The notes beneath the pieces are model-generated. The model was not told the origin of the DNA and did not search any database. It was given only the letters and a program-made list of their open reading frames with translations. Positions 44,455-54,102 of a stretch of DNA of 64,000 nt are shown piece by piece. The number at the start of each line of letters is the position of its first letter. Position 1 is the stretch's first letter. Origin of the DNA: an uncultured Acidimicrobiaceae bacterium (GTDB taxonomy: Bacteria > Actinomycetota > Acidimicrobiia > Acidimicrobiales > RAAP-2); NCBI GenBank assembly GCA_963769905.1, contig CAVYNG010000002.1:772040-836039 (forward strand). The letters are read 5' to 3'. A program made the translations under genes and the position numbers.

Positions 44455-47124
44455 TCAGGGCTCGGTGAGAGAAGCGGCGCTGTCGGGTCGATCCGCTCCC
44501 CACGCCCGTCCGGGTACGCCGAGGGGGAGCCGTACGATCCAGGTGCATCCGCCTCCCGGCGTGTCCTCGAGGTCGAGGTCGCCGCCGATGGCCTCGACGA
44601 AGCCGCGGGCGACCGCGAGCCCGAGACCCACTCCCACCTGTCCGTCCGGGTCGCCGAGCCGCTCGAAGGGTTCGAAGATCCGCTCGCGGTCGGCGCGTGG
44701 GATCCCCGGGCCGCGGTCGACGACCCGCACGTCGACCCTTCCGGCGATGGTGCCTGCCTCCACCCGCAGCGCGCCGCCACCGTGGACCAGCCCGTTGTCG
44801 AGCAGGTTGGCGATCGCCCGCTCGAGCAAACCCGGGTCGGTCGAGATCGGAGGAAGGTCGTCGGCCACGGCGACGGCCACATCGGCGCGACGAGGCCCGA
44901 GCGCCTCGACGGCCGTGGTGATGACCTCGCCCACCTGAGTGGGGACCCGCATGACCTCGACCGAACCCGTCTCGATCCTGCTCATGTCGAGCAGGTTCTC
45001 CACCATCCCGTTCAACCGGTCCGATTCGTCGTCGATGGTGTGCAACAAGGTTCGGGTCTCCTCGGGACCGAAGGTGAGACGATCGGACAGAAGACTTGAC
45101 GAAGCCGCCTTGATCGCGGCGAGGGGTGCTCGCAGGTCGTGGCTCACCCCGGCGAGCAGCGTCGAGCTGAGCCGGTTCGCCCGTGCCAGGGAGCCCGCCT
45201 CGGCCGCCTCGGCGTGGAGGCGGTCGCTCTCGAGAGCGGCGGAGAGCTGCGCGGCGAAGGCAGCCAGCACGTCGCGGTCCTCGGCGGCGAGGCCGGGTCC
45301 GCGCAGCAGAAGCACCTCGCGGTCGGTGAGCGGCAGGACGACCGGCGCGTCCTTGGGGTCGAGCGGTGGGTCCTCTCCCGACGTCGCGACCGGCGCCCAA
45401 TGGGTCCAGGTGGCCTCCGCCGGTCCTCGTGCTTCGCCGGGTTCCCGCGTCGAGCGCAGGACCGCTGCCGAATCGAGATGGAACGCGATCCGCAGCTCAT
45501 CGAGGAGCGCAGGGAGGGGATTTCCCTCGGGTGAGACGAGGCGGCCCGCGACTCGGGCGATGGTTCTCGCGTCGGTCCGCGCACGGACAGCGGCTGCGGT
45601 CCGACGTGCGGCGAGGTCGACGAGCACGCTGACCACTCCCGCGGTGACGAGGAACATGGTCAGCGCCAGGATGTCTCGCGCGTTGCCAATCGTGAAGGTG
45701 TGGACGGGGGGCGCGAAGTAGTAGTTGGAGAGGAGGAAGCCGGCAAGGGCCGCCAGCAGAGCAGGCCACACACCACCGATGGCCGCGACCACGACGACGA
45801 GGACCAGATAGGAGCTGAGCGCGGTCGCGAGGCTCGCGTGGTTGCCGGCCGACGTGAGCACAAGGGTGAGGAGTGGGAAGCCGACGGCGCCGATGATGAG
45901 AGCGGCGACCACTCTGCGAATCGGCAGCGGCGACACGTACTGCCGGCGGTTGATCCGGTGGCGCGCGGACTCCCGCCTTGACGGGGCGCCGCCCTCGTCG
46001 ACCTCGCCGTCACCCTGCTCGTTGCGTTCGCGCAGCTCGGCATTCGACTCGGAATCGGTCGCGATCACATGCACGTCGAGTGAGCCGCCGGCACTACGGA
46101 TTGCCGAGTTGATCACCGAGCCCTTGAAGAGCTCGTTGAGTCGGTTGCGGTGGGTCGCCCCCATCACCAGCTGCGTGGCGTTCTCCGCGCGGGCCAACTG
46201 GACCAGGGCGGGCGCGACGTCGGTACCGACGACTTCGACGAAACGGCCTCCGAGGTCTTCGAGGAGAGAGCGATTCTCTGCGAGCCCTTTCGACCCGGGT
46301 CCGGTGAGGCTGTCGTCGGTGCGCACGTGCACACCCACCAGCTCGGCCTTGGTGCGCATGGCCATCCGGGCGGCCCGCCGGATGAGCACTGCACTGCCCT
46401 TGGCGCCGGTGATCGACACCACCACCCGCTCTTTGGTCTCCCAAGGACGTCCGATGTTGTGGCGCTCGCGATAGTCGTTGAGCTCCTCGTCGACCCGGTC
46501 CGCCACCCAGAGGAGGGCCAGCTCGCGTAGGGCAGTCAGGTTCCCGGTCCGGAAGTAATTTCCGAGCGCGGCGTCGATTCGCTCGGGCGGATAGATGTTG
46601 CCGTGGGCCATCCGCCGCTGGAGGGCCTCCGGCGCCATGTCGACCAGCTCGACTTGATCCGCATCGCGTACGACCGGATCGGGCACCGTCTCGTTCTGGG
46701 CGACGCCGGTGATCTGCTCGACCACGTCGTTGAGCGATTCGAGGTGCTGGAGGTTGACCGTCGAGATCACGTTGATCCCCGCGTCGAGCAGGCCCTCGAC
46801 GTCCTGCCACCGCTTCGCGTGCTTCGAGCCGGGCACATTGGTGTGGGCCAGCTCGTCGACCAGTACCAGCTGGGGCTTGCGCTCGATGAGACCGTCGACG
46901 TCCATCTCCTCGAAGACCTGGCCCCGGTACTCGATCGACCGACGCGGGAAGACCTCGAGATCACGGATCTGTGCGTCGGTCTGGGGGCGGTCGTGGTCCT
47001 GGACCCAGCCGATCACCACGTCGGTCCCGCGGCCTTTGCGGCGCCAGCCTTCGTTGAGCATGGCGTATGTCTTGCCGACCCCGGGGGCCGCGCCGAGGTA
47101 GAGCCGGAGCTTCCCTCGGGCCAT
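44455..47124 (-). CDS. kdpD: Full-length sensor histidine kinase KdpD
   Basis: 889 aa. KdpD N-terminal P-loop GKLRLYLGAAPGVGKTYAML, a Usp-like region, DUF4118 TM block, GAF-like region, HisKA (SHDLRAPL) and the HATPase G-boxes. Confidence 0.93.
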   Translation of the reverse strand: MARGKLRLYLGAAPGVGKTYAMLNEGWRRKGRGTDVVIGWVQDHDRPQTDAQIRDLEVFPRRSIEYRGQVFEEMDVDGLIERKPQLVLVDELAHTNVPGSKHAKRWQDVEGLLDAGINVISTVNLQHLESLNDVVEQITGVAQNETVPDPVVRDADQVELVDMAPEALQRRMAHGNIYPPERIDAALGNYFRTGNLTALRELALLWVADRVDEELNDYRERHNIGRPWETKERVVVSITGAKGSAVLIRRAARMAMRTKAELVGVHVRTDDSLTGPGSKGLAENRSLLEDLGGRFVEVVGTDVAPALVQLARAENATQLVMGATHRNRLNELFKGSVINSAIRSAGGSLDVHVIATDSESNAELRERNEQGDGEVDEGGAPSRRESARHRINRRQYVSPLPIRRVVAALIIGAVGFPLLTLVLTSAGNHASLATALSSYLVLVVVVAAIGGVWPALLAALAGFLLSNYYFAPPVHTFTIGNARDILALTMFLVTAGVVSVLVDLAARRTAAAVRARTDARTIARVAGRLVSPEGNPLPALLDELRIAFHLDSAAVLRSTREPGEARGPAEATWTHWAPVATSGEDPPLDPKDAPVVLPLTDREVLLLRGPGLAAEDRDVLAAFAAQLSAALESDRLHAEAAEAGSLARANRLSSTLLAGVSHDLRAPLAAIKAASSSLLSDRLTFGPEETRTLLHTIDDESDRLNGMVENLLDMSRIETGSVEVMRVPTQVGEVITTAVEALGPRRADVAVAVADDLPPISTDPGLLERAIANLLDNGLVHGGGALRVEAGTIAGRVDVRVVDRGPGIPRADRERIFEPFERLGDPDGQVGVGLGLAVARGFVEAIGGDLDLEDTPGGGCTWIVRLPLGVPGRAWGADRPDSAASLTEP

Positions 47125-47127
47125 CGG

Positions 47128-47856
47128 TCAGCCTCCTGCTGCCGGTCGGGACTCCTCGGCACCGGCCGGTGCGTTTCGTGAGTCGGGATCGAGGCGGTAC
47201 CCGACGCCGGGTGTGGTCCGGATCATCCCTTCCTCGTCACCCAGTTTGTGGCGTAGCCGGTGCACGTAGGCGTGCACGTAGTGTGCCTCGCGCCCGTACC
47301 CGGGGCCCCAGACCGCGTGCAGGATCATCTGGTGAGTGCAGGTCTTCGGCGAGTGGCGCGCCAGATAGGAGAGGACCTCGAACTCCTTCGTCGTGAGATC
47401 GATCTTCGCGCCGCGGTCCGAAGCCTCGTGGTGGACGAAGTCGAGCTCGAGCTCGCCGACGGTGAGGGAGGCAGGAGAGGTGTCGGCTGGTTGGCCGGTC
47501 CGGTGGCGGATCGCGGTCCGGATCCGTGCCTCGAGCTCGGCCATCCCGAACGGCTTGGTCACGTAGTCGTCCGCGCCGCCGTTCAGCGCCGCGACCTTGC
47601 GGTCCTCGGTCCCGCTCGCCGACAGGATGATGATCGGCACCTCGCTCCATTCGCGGATACGCCTGCACACGGCCAGTCCGTCGAGGTCCGGGAGTCCGAG
47701 GTCGAGGACCACGATGTCCGGCGAGGCGACCGCCGTCGCCGAGATCCCCTGGGCGCCGTTCGCCGCGGTCACGACTTCGTGACCCCCCGCCTGCAGGCCG
47801 AGCCGCAGCGCACGGAGGAGCGACGGGTCGTCGTCGATGACGAGCACCTTAGCCAT
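47128..47856 (-). CDS. kdpE: OmpR-family response regulator KdpE
   Basis: MAKVLVIDDD...DLGLPDLDG...ADDYVTKPF receiver domain, plus a winged-helix output domain (TKEFEVLSYL...GVGYRL). ATG 47856 overlaps the upstream kinase stop by 8 nt. Confidence 0.9.
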   Translation of the reverse strand: MAKVLVIDDDPSLLRALRLGLQAGGHEVVTAANGAQGISATAVASPDIVVLDLGLPDLDGLAVCRRIREWSEVPIIILSASGTEDRKVAALNGGADDYVTKPFGMAELEARIRTAIRHRTGQPADTSPASLTVGELELDFVHHEASDRGAKIDLTTKEFEVLSYLARHSPKTCTHQMILHAVWGPGYGREAHYVHAYVHRLRHKLGDEEGMIRTTPGVGYRLDPDSRNAPAGAEESRPAAGG

Positions 47857-49342
47857 GCGTCGCACCGACCCCGATGGCCCGGGCCCCGTTCGACGCCGCG
47901 GTCGGAAGGGTGAAGACAAAGCGAGAACCCTCCCCGTCGACGTCCTCGACCCAGATCCGCTCGCCATGGGCCTCGACGAAGGTCTTGGCGATTGCCAGCC
48001 CGAGGCCGGTCCGACCTCCCGTGTCGAATCGCACGAAGCGGTCGAACACGATCTCGCGCTCCTCGGGAGGTATGCCGGGTCCCTCGTCGGTCACCGACAC
48101 GGCGACACGGTCCCCCCGTACTTCGCCGGCCACGGTGATCACGCTCTCGGGCGGTGCGTGGCGGTTGGCATTGTCGAGCAGGTTACCGAGCACCTGACCG
48201 ATGAGAAGCGTGTCGACGTCGACCTCGGGCAACGGTTCAGGGAACTCGGTCGCCACGTCGCGGTCGCCCAGCGAGGCGTGCAGGGAGCCGACGGCCTCCT
48301 TCACCAGTTCCGAGACCGAACGCGGGGCCCGGTGCAGCTCGAGCACGCCGGCGTCGATGCGGGTCATGTCGAGGAGGCTGGTCACCAGGCGGATCAGCCG
48401 GTCGACCTCGACGTCGATCAGCACGTGCAGCTCGTGGACGTCCTGATCGGAGAGCGGCATTTGCGAATCGACGAGGGTCGAGGACGCCACCTTGACCGTC
48501 GCGAGCGGCGTCCGCAGATCGTGGGAGACGGCCCCGACCATCGCATGTCGGAGCCGGTCCACCTCCTCGAGGAGCTCGGAGCGGAGCGCCTGGTCGCGGA
48601 GCCGGGCCCGCTCGAGTGCCAGCGCCGCGTGGTTGACGAAGGAGCGGAGCAGGACCCGGTCAGGCTCGGAGTCCGGCATGGACCGCAGAGCGAGCAGGCC
48701 GACCGGCTCACCCCCGGCGATGAGCGCGACGGTCTGGAGTTCGTCGGGCGACGCGGACGTGGTCCCGAGCCCGACCGGCACGCCCGAACGGGGCTCGAGG
48801 CCGCCGAGCTCCGCGGCAGTCAGTTCCTCTCCTGCGGACGCGGCGACCCGCAGCGCCTCGCCGTCGGGGACGAGAAGCGCGACGCCGGGCACCTCGAAGA
48901 GGGTCGCCACCGCGCGGACGACCGACTTCAGCAGGTCCTCAGTCGACCGGTCCTCGACCAGCAGGTCCGAGAGGTCGAGGACCCGCCGGGCCTCGTCGGC
49001 CCTCATCCGAGCGTCTCTTCTCGCCGCGTCGAGCCGGGCGACGAGGTTCGCGACGATCGCCATCACCAGCGCGTACACGACCAGTGCGACGAGGTTCTCG
49101 GGTCGTTCCACCGAAAGACGCCCATACGGCGGGACGAAGAGTAGGTCGAAGAGAAGGAAACCGGCGACGACGCTTGCCACCCCGGCGACGGTGCCCCCGA
49201 CCACTGCGCCGGCGACCACCGGGAGGACCAGCACCAGTGCGGCGGTGGCGATGCTCAGGTGCGGGCGCAAGGGCACCATCGCGACGCTGGCGCCGACCGC
49301 GAGGGCCACTCCGACGACCGTGCCGATCAAGCTCTTTCGCAC
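47849..49342 (-). CDS. KdpD-like histidine kinase lacking the N-terminal KdpD/Usp sensor (DUF4118-GAF-HisKA-HATPase)
   Basis: 497 aa. It starts directly with the DUF4118-type TM block (LVLVLPVVAGAVVGG...FFDLLFVPPY), followed by a GAF-like region, SHDLRTPLATV, and DNANRH / GLGLAIAK. Confidence 0.88.
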   Translation of the reverse strand: MRKSLIGTVVGVALAVGASVAMVPLRPHLSIATAALVLVLPVVAGAVVGGTVAGVASVVAGFLLFDLLFVPPYGRLSVERPENLVALVVYALVMAIVANLVARLDAARRDARMRADEARRVLDLSDLLVEDRSTEDLLKSVVRAVATLFEVPGVALLVPDGEALRVAASAGEELTAAELGGLEPRSGVPVGLGTTSASPDELQTVALIAGGEPVGLLALRSMPDSEPDRVLLRSFVNHAALALERARLRDQALRSELLEEVDRLRHAMVGAVSHDLRTPLATVKVASSTLVDSQMPLSDQDVHELHVLIDVEVDRLIRLVTSLLDMTRIDAGVLELHRAPRSVSELVKEAVGSLHASLGDRDVATEFPEPLPEVDVDTLLIGQVLGNLLDNANRHAPPESVITVAGEVRGDRVAVSVTDEGPGIPPEEREIVFDRFVRFDTGGRTGLGLAIAKTFVEAHGERIWVEDVDGEGSRFVFTLPTAASNGARAIGVGATHG

Positions 49343-49392
49343 GCGTCCATTCTCATACGATTCGGGCCGAAGGGACGCACCGTCGCACTCCG

Positions 49393-49456
49393 TTGAGGAA
49401 TTATTGAGAACTCCGAGGCTCCGTTCAGAACGTGTTGAGAACAGGGGGCGGATACT
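49393..49456 (+). promoter_or_regulatory. kdp promoter region: phased direct repeats TTGAGGAA (49393), TTGAGAAC (49404), TTCAGAAC (49424), TTGAGAAC (49435) and -10-like GATACT (49451-49456)
   Basis: Read directly. The 11-bp spacing within each pair fits tandem OmpR-family (KdpE) half-sites. The -10-like hexamer ends 6 nt before ATG 49463. Confidence 0.5.
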
Positions 49457-49462
49457 CGAAGC

Positions 49463-49546
49463 ATGGCTGATTTCCTCGTCGTGCTGGGCATCGTCGGATT
49501 CGCCGTGCTCGGGCTCGCTCTGATCTGGGCGCTCGAGCGGGTATGA
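49463..49546 (+). CDS. 27-aa hydrophobic micro-ORF upstream of kdpF (KdpF-like single-TM peptide)
   Basis: Own translation: MADFLVVLGIVGFAVLGLALIWALERV. Its stop overlaps the kdpF ATG (ATGA at 49543-49546). Codon usage is genome-typical. Too short for the supplied ORF track. Confidence 0.55.
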   Translation: MADFLVVLGIVGFAVLGLALIWALERV

Positions 49547-49632
49547 CCGTCACCCAGGGCATCCTGCTCGGCGTCGCCATCGTGATGTTCATCTATCTCG
49601 GCGTCGCGATGTTCAAGCCCGAGAAGTTCTAG
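49543..49632 (+). CDS. kdpF: K+-transporting ATPase subunit F
   Basis: Own translation: MTVTQGILLGVAIVMFIYLGVAMFKPEKF, with the characteristic C-terminal F-P-E-K-F-type ending. Its stop is immediately followed by the kdpA ATG at 49633. Confidence 0.8.
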   Translation: MTVTQGILLGVAIVMFIYLGVAMFKPEKF

Positions 49633-51318
49633 ATGGGCTTCTTCTGGACCATCGTCGTCCTGGTCGTCCTTCTGGCGATCACCTGGCGCTATTTGGGCTC
49701 CTACATGGCCGCGGTGTTCGAGGGCCGCGTCCGCTATCTCGCCTGGGCCGAGCGGCCGTTCTACTGGGCGCTCCGGACCAGCCCCGAACAGGAGCAGACC
49801 TGGCAGCGCTACGCGGGTGCGACCGTCATCTTCTCGGCCGTATTCCTCGCCCTCGGCTACTTCCTGATGCGGATCCAGGGTTCGCTCCCGCTCAACCCGC
49901 AGCACTTCGGCGCTGTGCCCCAGGCACTCGGCTTCAACACGATCACCTCGTTCATGACCAACACCAACTGGCAGAACTACGGGGGCGAGACGGCCATGTC
50001 GTACTTCTCCCAGATCGGAGTGCTCACCGTCCAGCAGTTCGTGAGCGCGGCCGTCGGGATCGCGGTGGCCATCGCAGTGGTGCGTGGATTCTCCCGACAC
50101 AACTCTCCGACCATCGGCAATTTCTGGGTCGACATCACCCGGTGCATGCTCTACATCCTCCTGCCGATCGCCTTCCTCGCCGGCATCGTGGTCGTTGGTC
50201 AGGGCGCAGTGCAGACGCTGTCGGGACCGGTGTCGATCCACGACTCGCTGAACGGCGTCTCGCAGACGGTCGCCCTCGGGCCGGCCGGCTTCATGGGGTC
50301 CATCATGCAGCTCGGGACGAACGGCGGAGGGTTCTTCAACGTCGACCTCGCCCATCCCCTCGAAAACCCGACAGGGTTGACCAACCTCCTCTACATCTGG
50401 CTTACCCTCTCCATCCCCTTCGCCCTCACCTACACCTTCGGCAAGATGGTCAAGAGCATCCGCCACGGCGTCGCTCTGCTCGCGGCGATGTTGATCATCT
50501 TCGGTGTGTGGGTCGGGTTCACCAGCTATGCCGAGCACCAGAACAATCCCGCGGTCGTTGCCGCCGGAGTCCACTCGACGGTCGGGAACACCGAGGGCAA
50601 AGAGGTCCGCTTCGGGGACACGACCAGTTCCCTGTTCAACGTGTCGATGACCCAGACCTCCGACGGTGCAGTCGACAGCGCGACCGATTCGTACAACCCG
50701 ATCGGCGGGATGGGACCGATGACCGGCATGATGCTCGGTGAGGTCACCCCGGGTGGGGTGGGCAGCGGGCTCTACACCCTGCTCATCTTTGCGATCATCG
50801 CCGTGTTCATCGGTGGCCTGATGATCGGTCGAACTCCCGAGTACCTGGGGAAGAAGATCCAGGCCAGGGAGGTCAAACTCGCCGGTTTGGCGGCGCTCGT
50901 CATGCCCGTCGCCGTGCTCGTCCTCACCGCGATCGCGGTCTCGCTCCACGCCGGACGCGCCGGGCCGCTCAACAGCGGGCCCCACGGGTTCAGCGAGATC
51001 CTCTACGGTCTCACCTCGCAGGGCAACAACAACGGCTCGGCGATGGCGGGCCTCACCGGCAACACCGCCTTCTACAACATCGTCGGCGCGATCGACATGC
51101 TGATCGGCCGATTCGGGATCATGATCCCCGCACTTGCGCTCGGGGGCTCGCTCGCAGGGAAGAACGTCGTGCCCACGTCGCTCGGGACGTTCCGCACGGA
51201 CAACGGGATGTTCGTCGGCCTCACCATCGGCGTCATCGTCATCATCGGTGGCCTGACCTTCTTCCCCGCCGTCGCGCTCGGCCCAATCGTCGAACAGCTC
51301 AGCCACGGGTTCTTCTGA
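49633..51318 (+). CDS. kdpA: K+-transporting ATPase subunit A
   Basis: 561-aa polytopic protein with [11 protein letters not shown] and NGGGFF selectivity-filter-type motifs. Confidence 0.95.
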   Translation: MGFFWTIVVLVVLLAITWRYLGSYMAAVFEGRVRYLAWAERPFYWALRTSPEQEQTWQRYAGATVIFSAVFLALGYFLMRIQGSLPLNPQHFGAVPQALGFNTITSFMTNTNWQNYGGETAMSYFSQIGVLTVQQFVSAAVGIAVAIAVVRGFSRHNSPTIGNFWVDITRCMLYILLPIAFLAGIVVVGQGAVQTLSGPVSIHDSLNGVSQTVALGPAGFMGSIMQLGTNGGGFFNVDLAHPLENPTGLTNLLYIWLTLSIPFALTYTFGKMVKSIRHGVALLAAMLIIFGVWVGFTSYAEHQNNPAVVAAGVHSTVGNTEGKEVRFGDTTSSLFNVSMTQTSDGAVDSATDSYNPIGGMGPMTGMMLGEVTPGGVGSGLYTLLIFAIIAVFIGGLMIGRTPEYLGKKIQAREVKLAGLAALVMPVAVLVLTAIAVSLHAGRAGPLNSGPHGFSEILYGLTSQGNNNGSAMAGLTGNTAFYNIVGAIDMLIGRFGIMIPALALGGSLAGKNVVPTSLGTFRTDNGMFVGLTIGVIVIIGGLTFFPAVALGPIVEQLSHGFF

Positions 51319-53393
51319 TGACCGACGTCGCGACCCAGTCGCCACACGAGCCGAGCCCGCCCCATATCGAGGCCCACGGTGTCGCGGAGGCCCGGAGCCT
51401 GTTCGACCGCGAAATCCTCCGGATGGCGCTCGGCGACTCGTTTCGCAAGCTGAATCCGACCGTCCAGGTCCGCAACCCGGTCATGTTCGTCGTCCTTGTC
51501 GGGACGGTGATCACCTTCATCGAGGCCGTCGCCCATCCGGGCATCTTCACCTGGTCGATCACCATCTGGCTGTTCCTCACGGTGATGTTCGCCAACTTCG
51601 CCGAGGCCATGGCAGAGGGACGCGGGAAGGCCCAGGCGGACACGCTCCGTCGGATGCGATCGGAGACCGAGGCTCGCCGCCTGCGGTCCGACGGGAGCGA
51701 AGAGCTGGTGCCGGCGGCCGAGCTCTCCAAGGGCGATCTGGTGGTGTGCGAGGCCAACGACGTGATCCCCTCCGACGGCGAGATCATCGAGGGCATCGCC
51801 TCGGTCGACGAGTCCGCGATCACCGGCGAGTCCGCGCCGGTCATCCGCGAGTCGGGCGGCGACCGGTCGGCGGTCACCGGCGGCACCCGGGTCCTCTCGG
51901 ACCGCATCGTCGTCCGGATCACCGCAGAACGGGGCGATACCTTCCTCGACCGGATGATCTCACTCGTCGAAGGGGCGAACCGACAGAAGACTCCGAACGA
52001 GATCGCCCTCACCATCCTGCTGGCCGTGCTCACCATCGTGTTCATCCCGGTGGTGGTGACACTCCAGGCGTTCGGCCACTACTCGGGCGCAAGCGTCTCG
52101 GTGGTCATCCTGGTCTCCCTGCTGGTGTGTCTCATCCCCACGACCATCGGCGCGCTGCTCTCTGCCATCGGCATCGCAGGGATGGACCGGCTGGTTCAGC
52201 GCAACGTACTGGCCATGAGCGGGCGCGCGGTCGAGGCGGCAGGGGACGTGCAGACCCTGCTTCTCGACAAGACCGGCACGATCACCCTCGGCAACCGGAT
52301 GGCCTCCGACTTCTTTCCGGTCGGGGATCATCGCGAACAGGATCTGGCCGACGCCGCACAACTGGCCTCGCTCGCCGACGAAACGCCTGAAGGCCGCTCG
52401 ATCGTGGTGCTGGCGAAGCAGCGCTTCGCCATCCGGGAGCGCGACCTCGAAGGCGAGCACACCTTCGTGCCCTTCACCGCGACCACCCGGATGTCCGGTC
52501 TCGACTTCGACGGCCGCCAGATCCGCAAGGGAGCGGCTGACTCGGTCAAGCGGTGGGTGGTCGATCAGGATGGGAGCATCCCCGAGGGTCTGGACGAAAT
52601 CGTGGAGCGCGTCTCGCGGGAAGGATCGACCCCGTTGGTGGTCGCGGACGGACCGGACATCCTCGGCGTCATCGAGCTGAAGGACGTGGTCAAGCAGGGC
52701 ATCCAGGAGAAGTTCGACGAGATGCGCCGGATGGGCATCCGTACGGTGATGATCACCGGCGACAACCCGCTCACCGCGGCGGCGATCGCCCAGGAGGCCG
52801 GCGTGGACGACTTCCTCGCCGAGGCGACCCCCGAGGCCAAGATGGCGCTGATCAAGTCCGAGCAGGAGGGGGGCAAGCTCGTCGCGATGACCGGTGACGG
52901 CACCAACGACGCGCCCGCCCTCGCCCAGGCCGACGTCGGGGTGGCCATGAACACCGGGACGACCGCGGCCAAGGAGGCCGGCAACATGGTCGACCTCGAT
53001 TCGAATCCGACCAAGCTCATCGACGTCGTCGAGATCGGCAAACAGCTTCTGATCACCCGGGGATCACTGACCACCTTCTCGATCGCCAACGACGTCGCCA
53101 AGTACTTCGCGATCATCCCCGCGCTGTTCGTCGCCACCTATCCGCAGCTCAACACCCTCAACATCATGAAACTGCACAGCCCACAGAGCGCGGTCCTCTC
53201 CGCGGTCATCTTCAACGCGCTGGTGATCGTAGCCCTCATCCCACTCGCACTGCGGGGCGTCAGGTTCCGTCCGGCCTCGTCCGCCGCGATCCTCCGGCGC
53301 AACGTCTGGATCTACGGGGTGGGCGGGATCATCGTCCCCTTCATCTTCATCAAGCTGATCGACCTGATTCTGGTCGCGCTCCACGCCTACTGA
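51318..53393 (+). CDS. kdpB: K+-transporting P-type ATPase subunit B
   Basis: DKTGTIT phosphorylation motif, [26 protein letters not shown]-type overlap with kdpA. Confidence 0.96.
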   Translation: MTDVATQSPHEPSPPHIEAHGVAEARSLFDREILRMALGDSFRKLNPTVQVRNPVMFVVLVGTVITFIEAVAHPGIFTWSITIWLFLTVMFANFAEAMAEGRGKAQADTLRRMRSETEARRLRSDGSEELVPAAELSKGDLVVCEANDVIPSDGEIIEGIASVDESAITGESAPVIRESGGDRSAVTGGTRVLSDRIVVRITAERGDTFLDRMISLVEGANRQKTPNEIALTILLAVLTIVFIPVVVTLQAFGHYSGASVSVVILVSLLVCLIPTTIGALLSAIGIAGMDRLVQRNVLAMSGRAVEAAGDVQTLLLDKTGTITLGNRMASDFFPVGDHREQDLADAAQLASLADETPEGRSIVVLAKQRFAIRERDLEGEHTFVPFTATTRMSGLDFDGRQIRKGAADSVKRWVVDQDGSIPEGLDEIVERVSREGSTPLVVADGPDILGVIELKDVVKQGIQEKFDEMRRMGIRTVMITGDNPLTAAAIAQEAGVDDFLAEATPEAKMALIKSEQEGGKLVAMTGDGTNDAPALAQADVGVAMNTGTTAAKEAGNMVDLDSNPTKLIDVVEIGKQLLITRGSLTTFSIANDVAKYFAIIPALFVATYPQLNTLNIMKLHSPQSAVLSAVIFNALVIVALIPLALRGVRFRPASSAAILRRNVWIYGVGGIIVPFIFIKLIDLILVALHAY

Positions 53394-53406
53394 TCGAGGG
53401 ACTCCG

Positions 53407-54057
53407 ATGCTCGTACACCTTCGCCGCTCACTCGTCGCCGTCGTGGCCTTCACCATCTTCTTCGGGTTCATCTATGCACTCGCGGGCACCGGTGTGGCGC
53501 AGGGGTTGTTCAAGCATCAGGCCGACGGCTCGATCACGTCGAACGGGTCGACCCTCGTCGGTCAGAACTGGTCGCAGACCAAGTGCCCAGGTCACCCACT
53601 CGGGAGCTGCGTGTTCCAAGGCCGGCCCGATGCCCTCGGCCCCTACGCCGGCTCGTTGAGCCCGGTCGCCGGTGGGGGGGACAACCCGCTCGGGGCCAAC
53701 AACGTCCCCGGCAAGCCCGGAGTCTTGAACTCCGGCGAGTCCGGGGCGAGCAACCTGGGTCCACGTTCGAAGACCCTCCTGACCAACACCCAGCAACTGG
53801 TCCGATATTGGCGTCAGCGCGGCGTCAATCCCACCCCGGACCTCGTCACGACCTCCGGGAGCGGGATCGACCCCGACATCACGGTGGCGGACGCAAAGGC
53901 CCAGATCCCGATGGTGTCGAAGGCCACCGGACTCTCGCCGTCGACACTCTCCTCGCTGATCGACCGCGTGGCCAACGGCCCACAGCTCGGGTTCCTCGGC
54001 AGCAACACGGTCAACGTGCTCCAGCTCAACGAGGCGTTGGCAAGCCTCCAACGGTAG
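53407..54057 (+). CDS. kdpC: K+-transporting ATPase subunit C
   Basis: N-terminal TM helix, SGASNLGP and SGSGIDPDIT motifs. Confidence 0.93.
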   Translation: MLVHLRRSLVAVVAFTIFFGFIYALAGTGVAQGLFKHQADGSITSNGSTLVGQNWSQTKCPGHPLGSCVFQGRPDALGPYAGSLSPVAGGGDNPLGANNVPGKPGVLNSGESGASNLGPRSKTLLTNTQQLVRYWRQRGVNPTPDLVTTSGSGIDPDITVADAKAQIPMVSKATGLSPSTLSSLIDRVANGPQLGFLGSNTVNVLQLNEALASLQR

Positions 54058-54102
54058 GGTCGCGGCCGGCGCCGGTGACGGCCGGCCGGTCGAGTCCGCC
54101 TG

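Noticed and set aside
49327-51345. 672-aa minus-strand ORF opposite kdpA
   Set aside because: Antisense to an unambiguous kdpA. Asp/Glu/Arg/His-rich composition with no membrane or enzyme motif.
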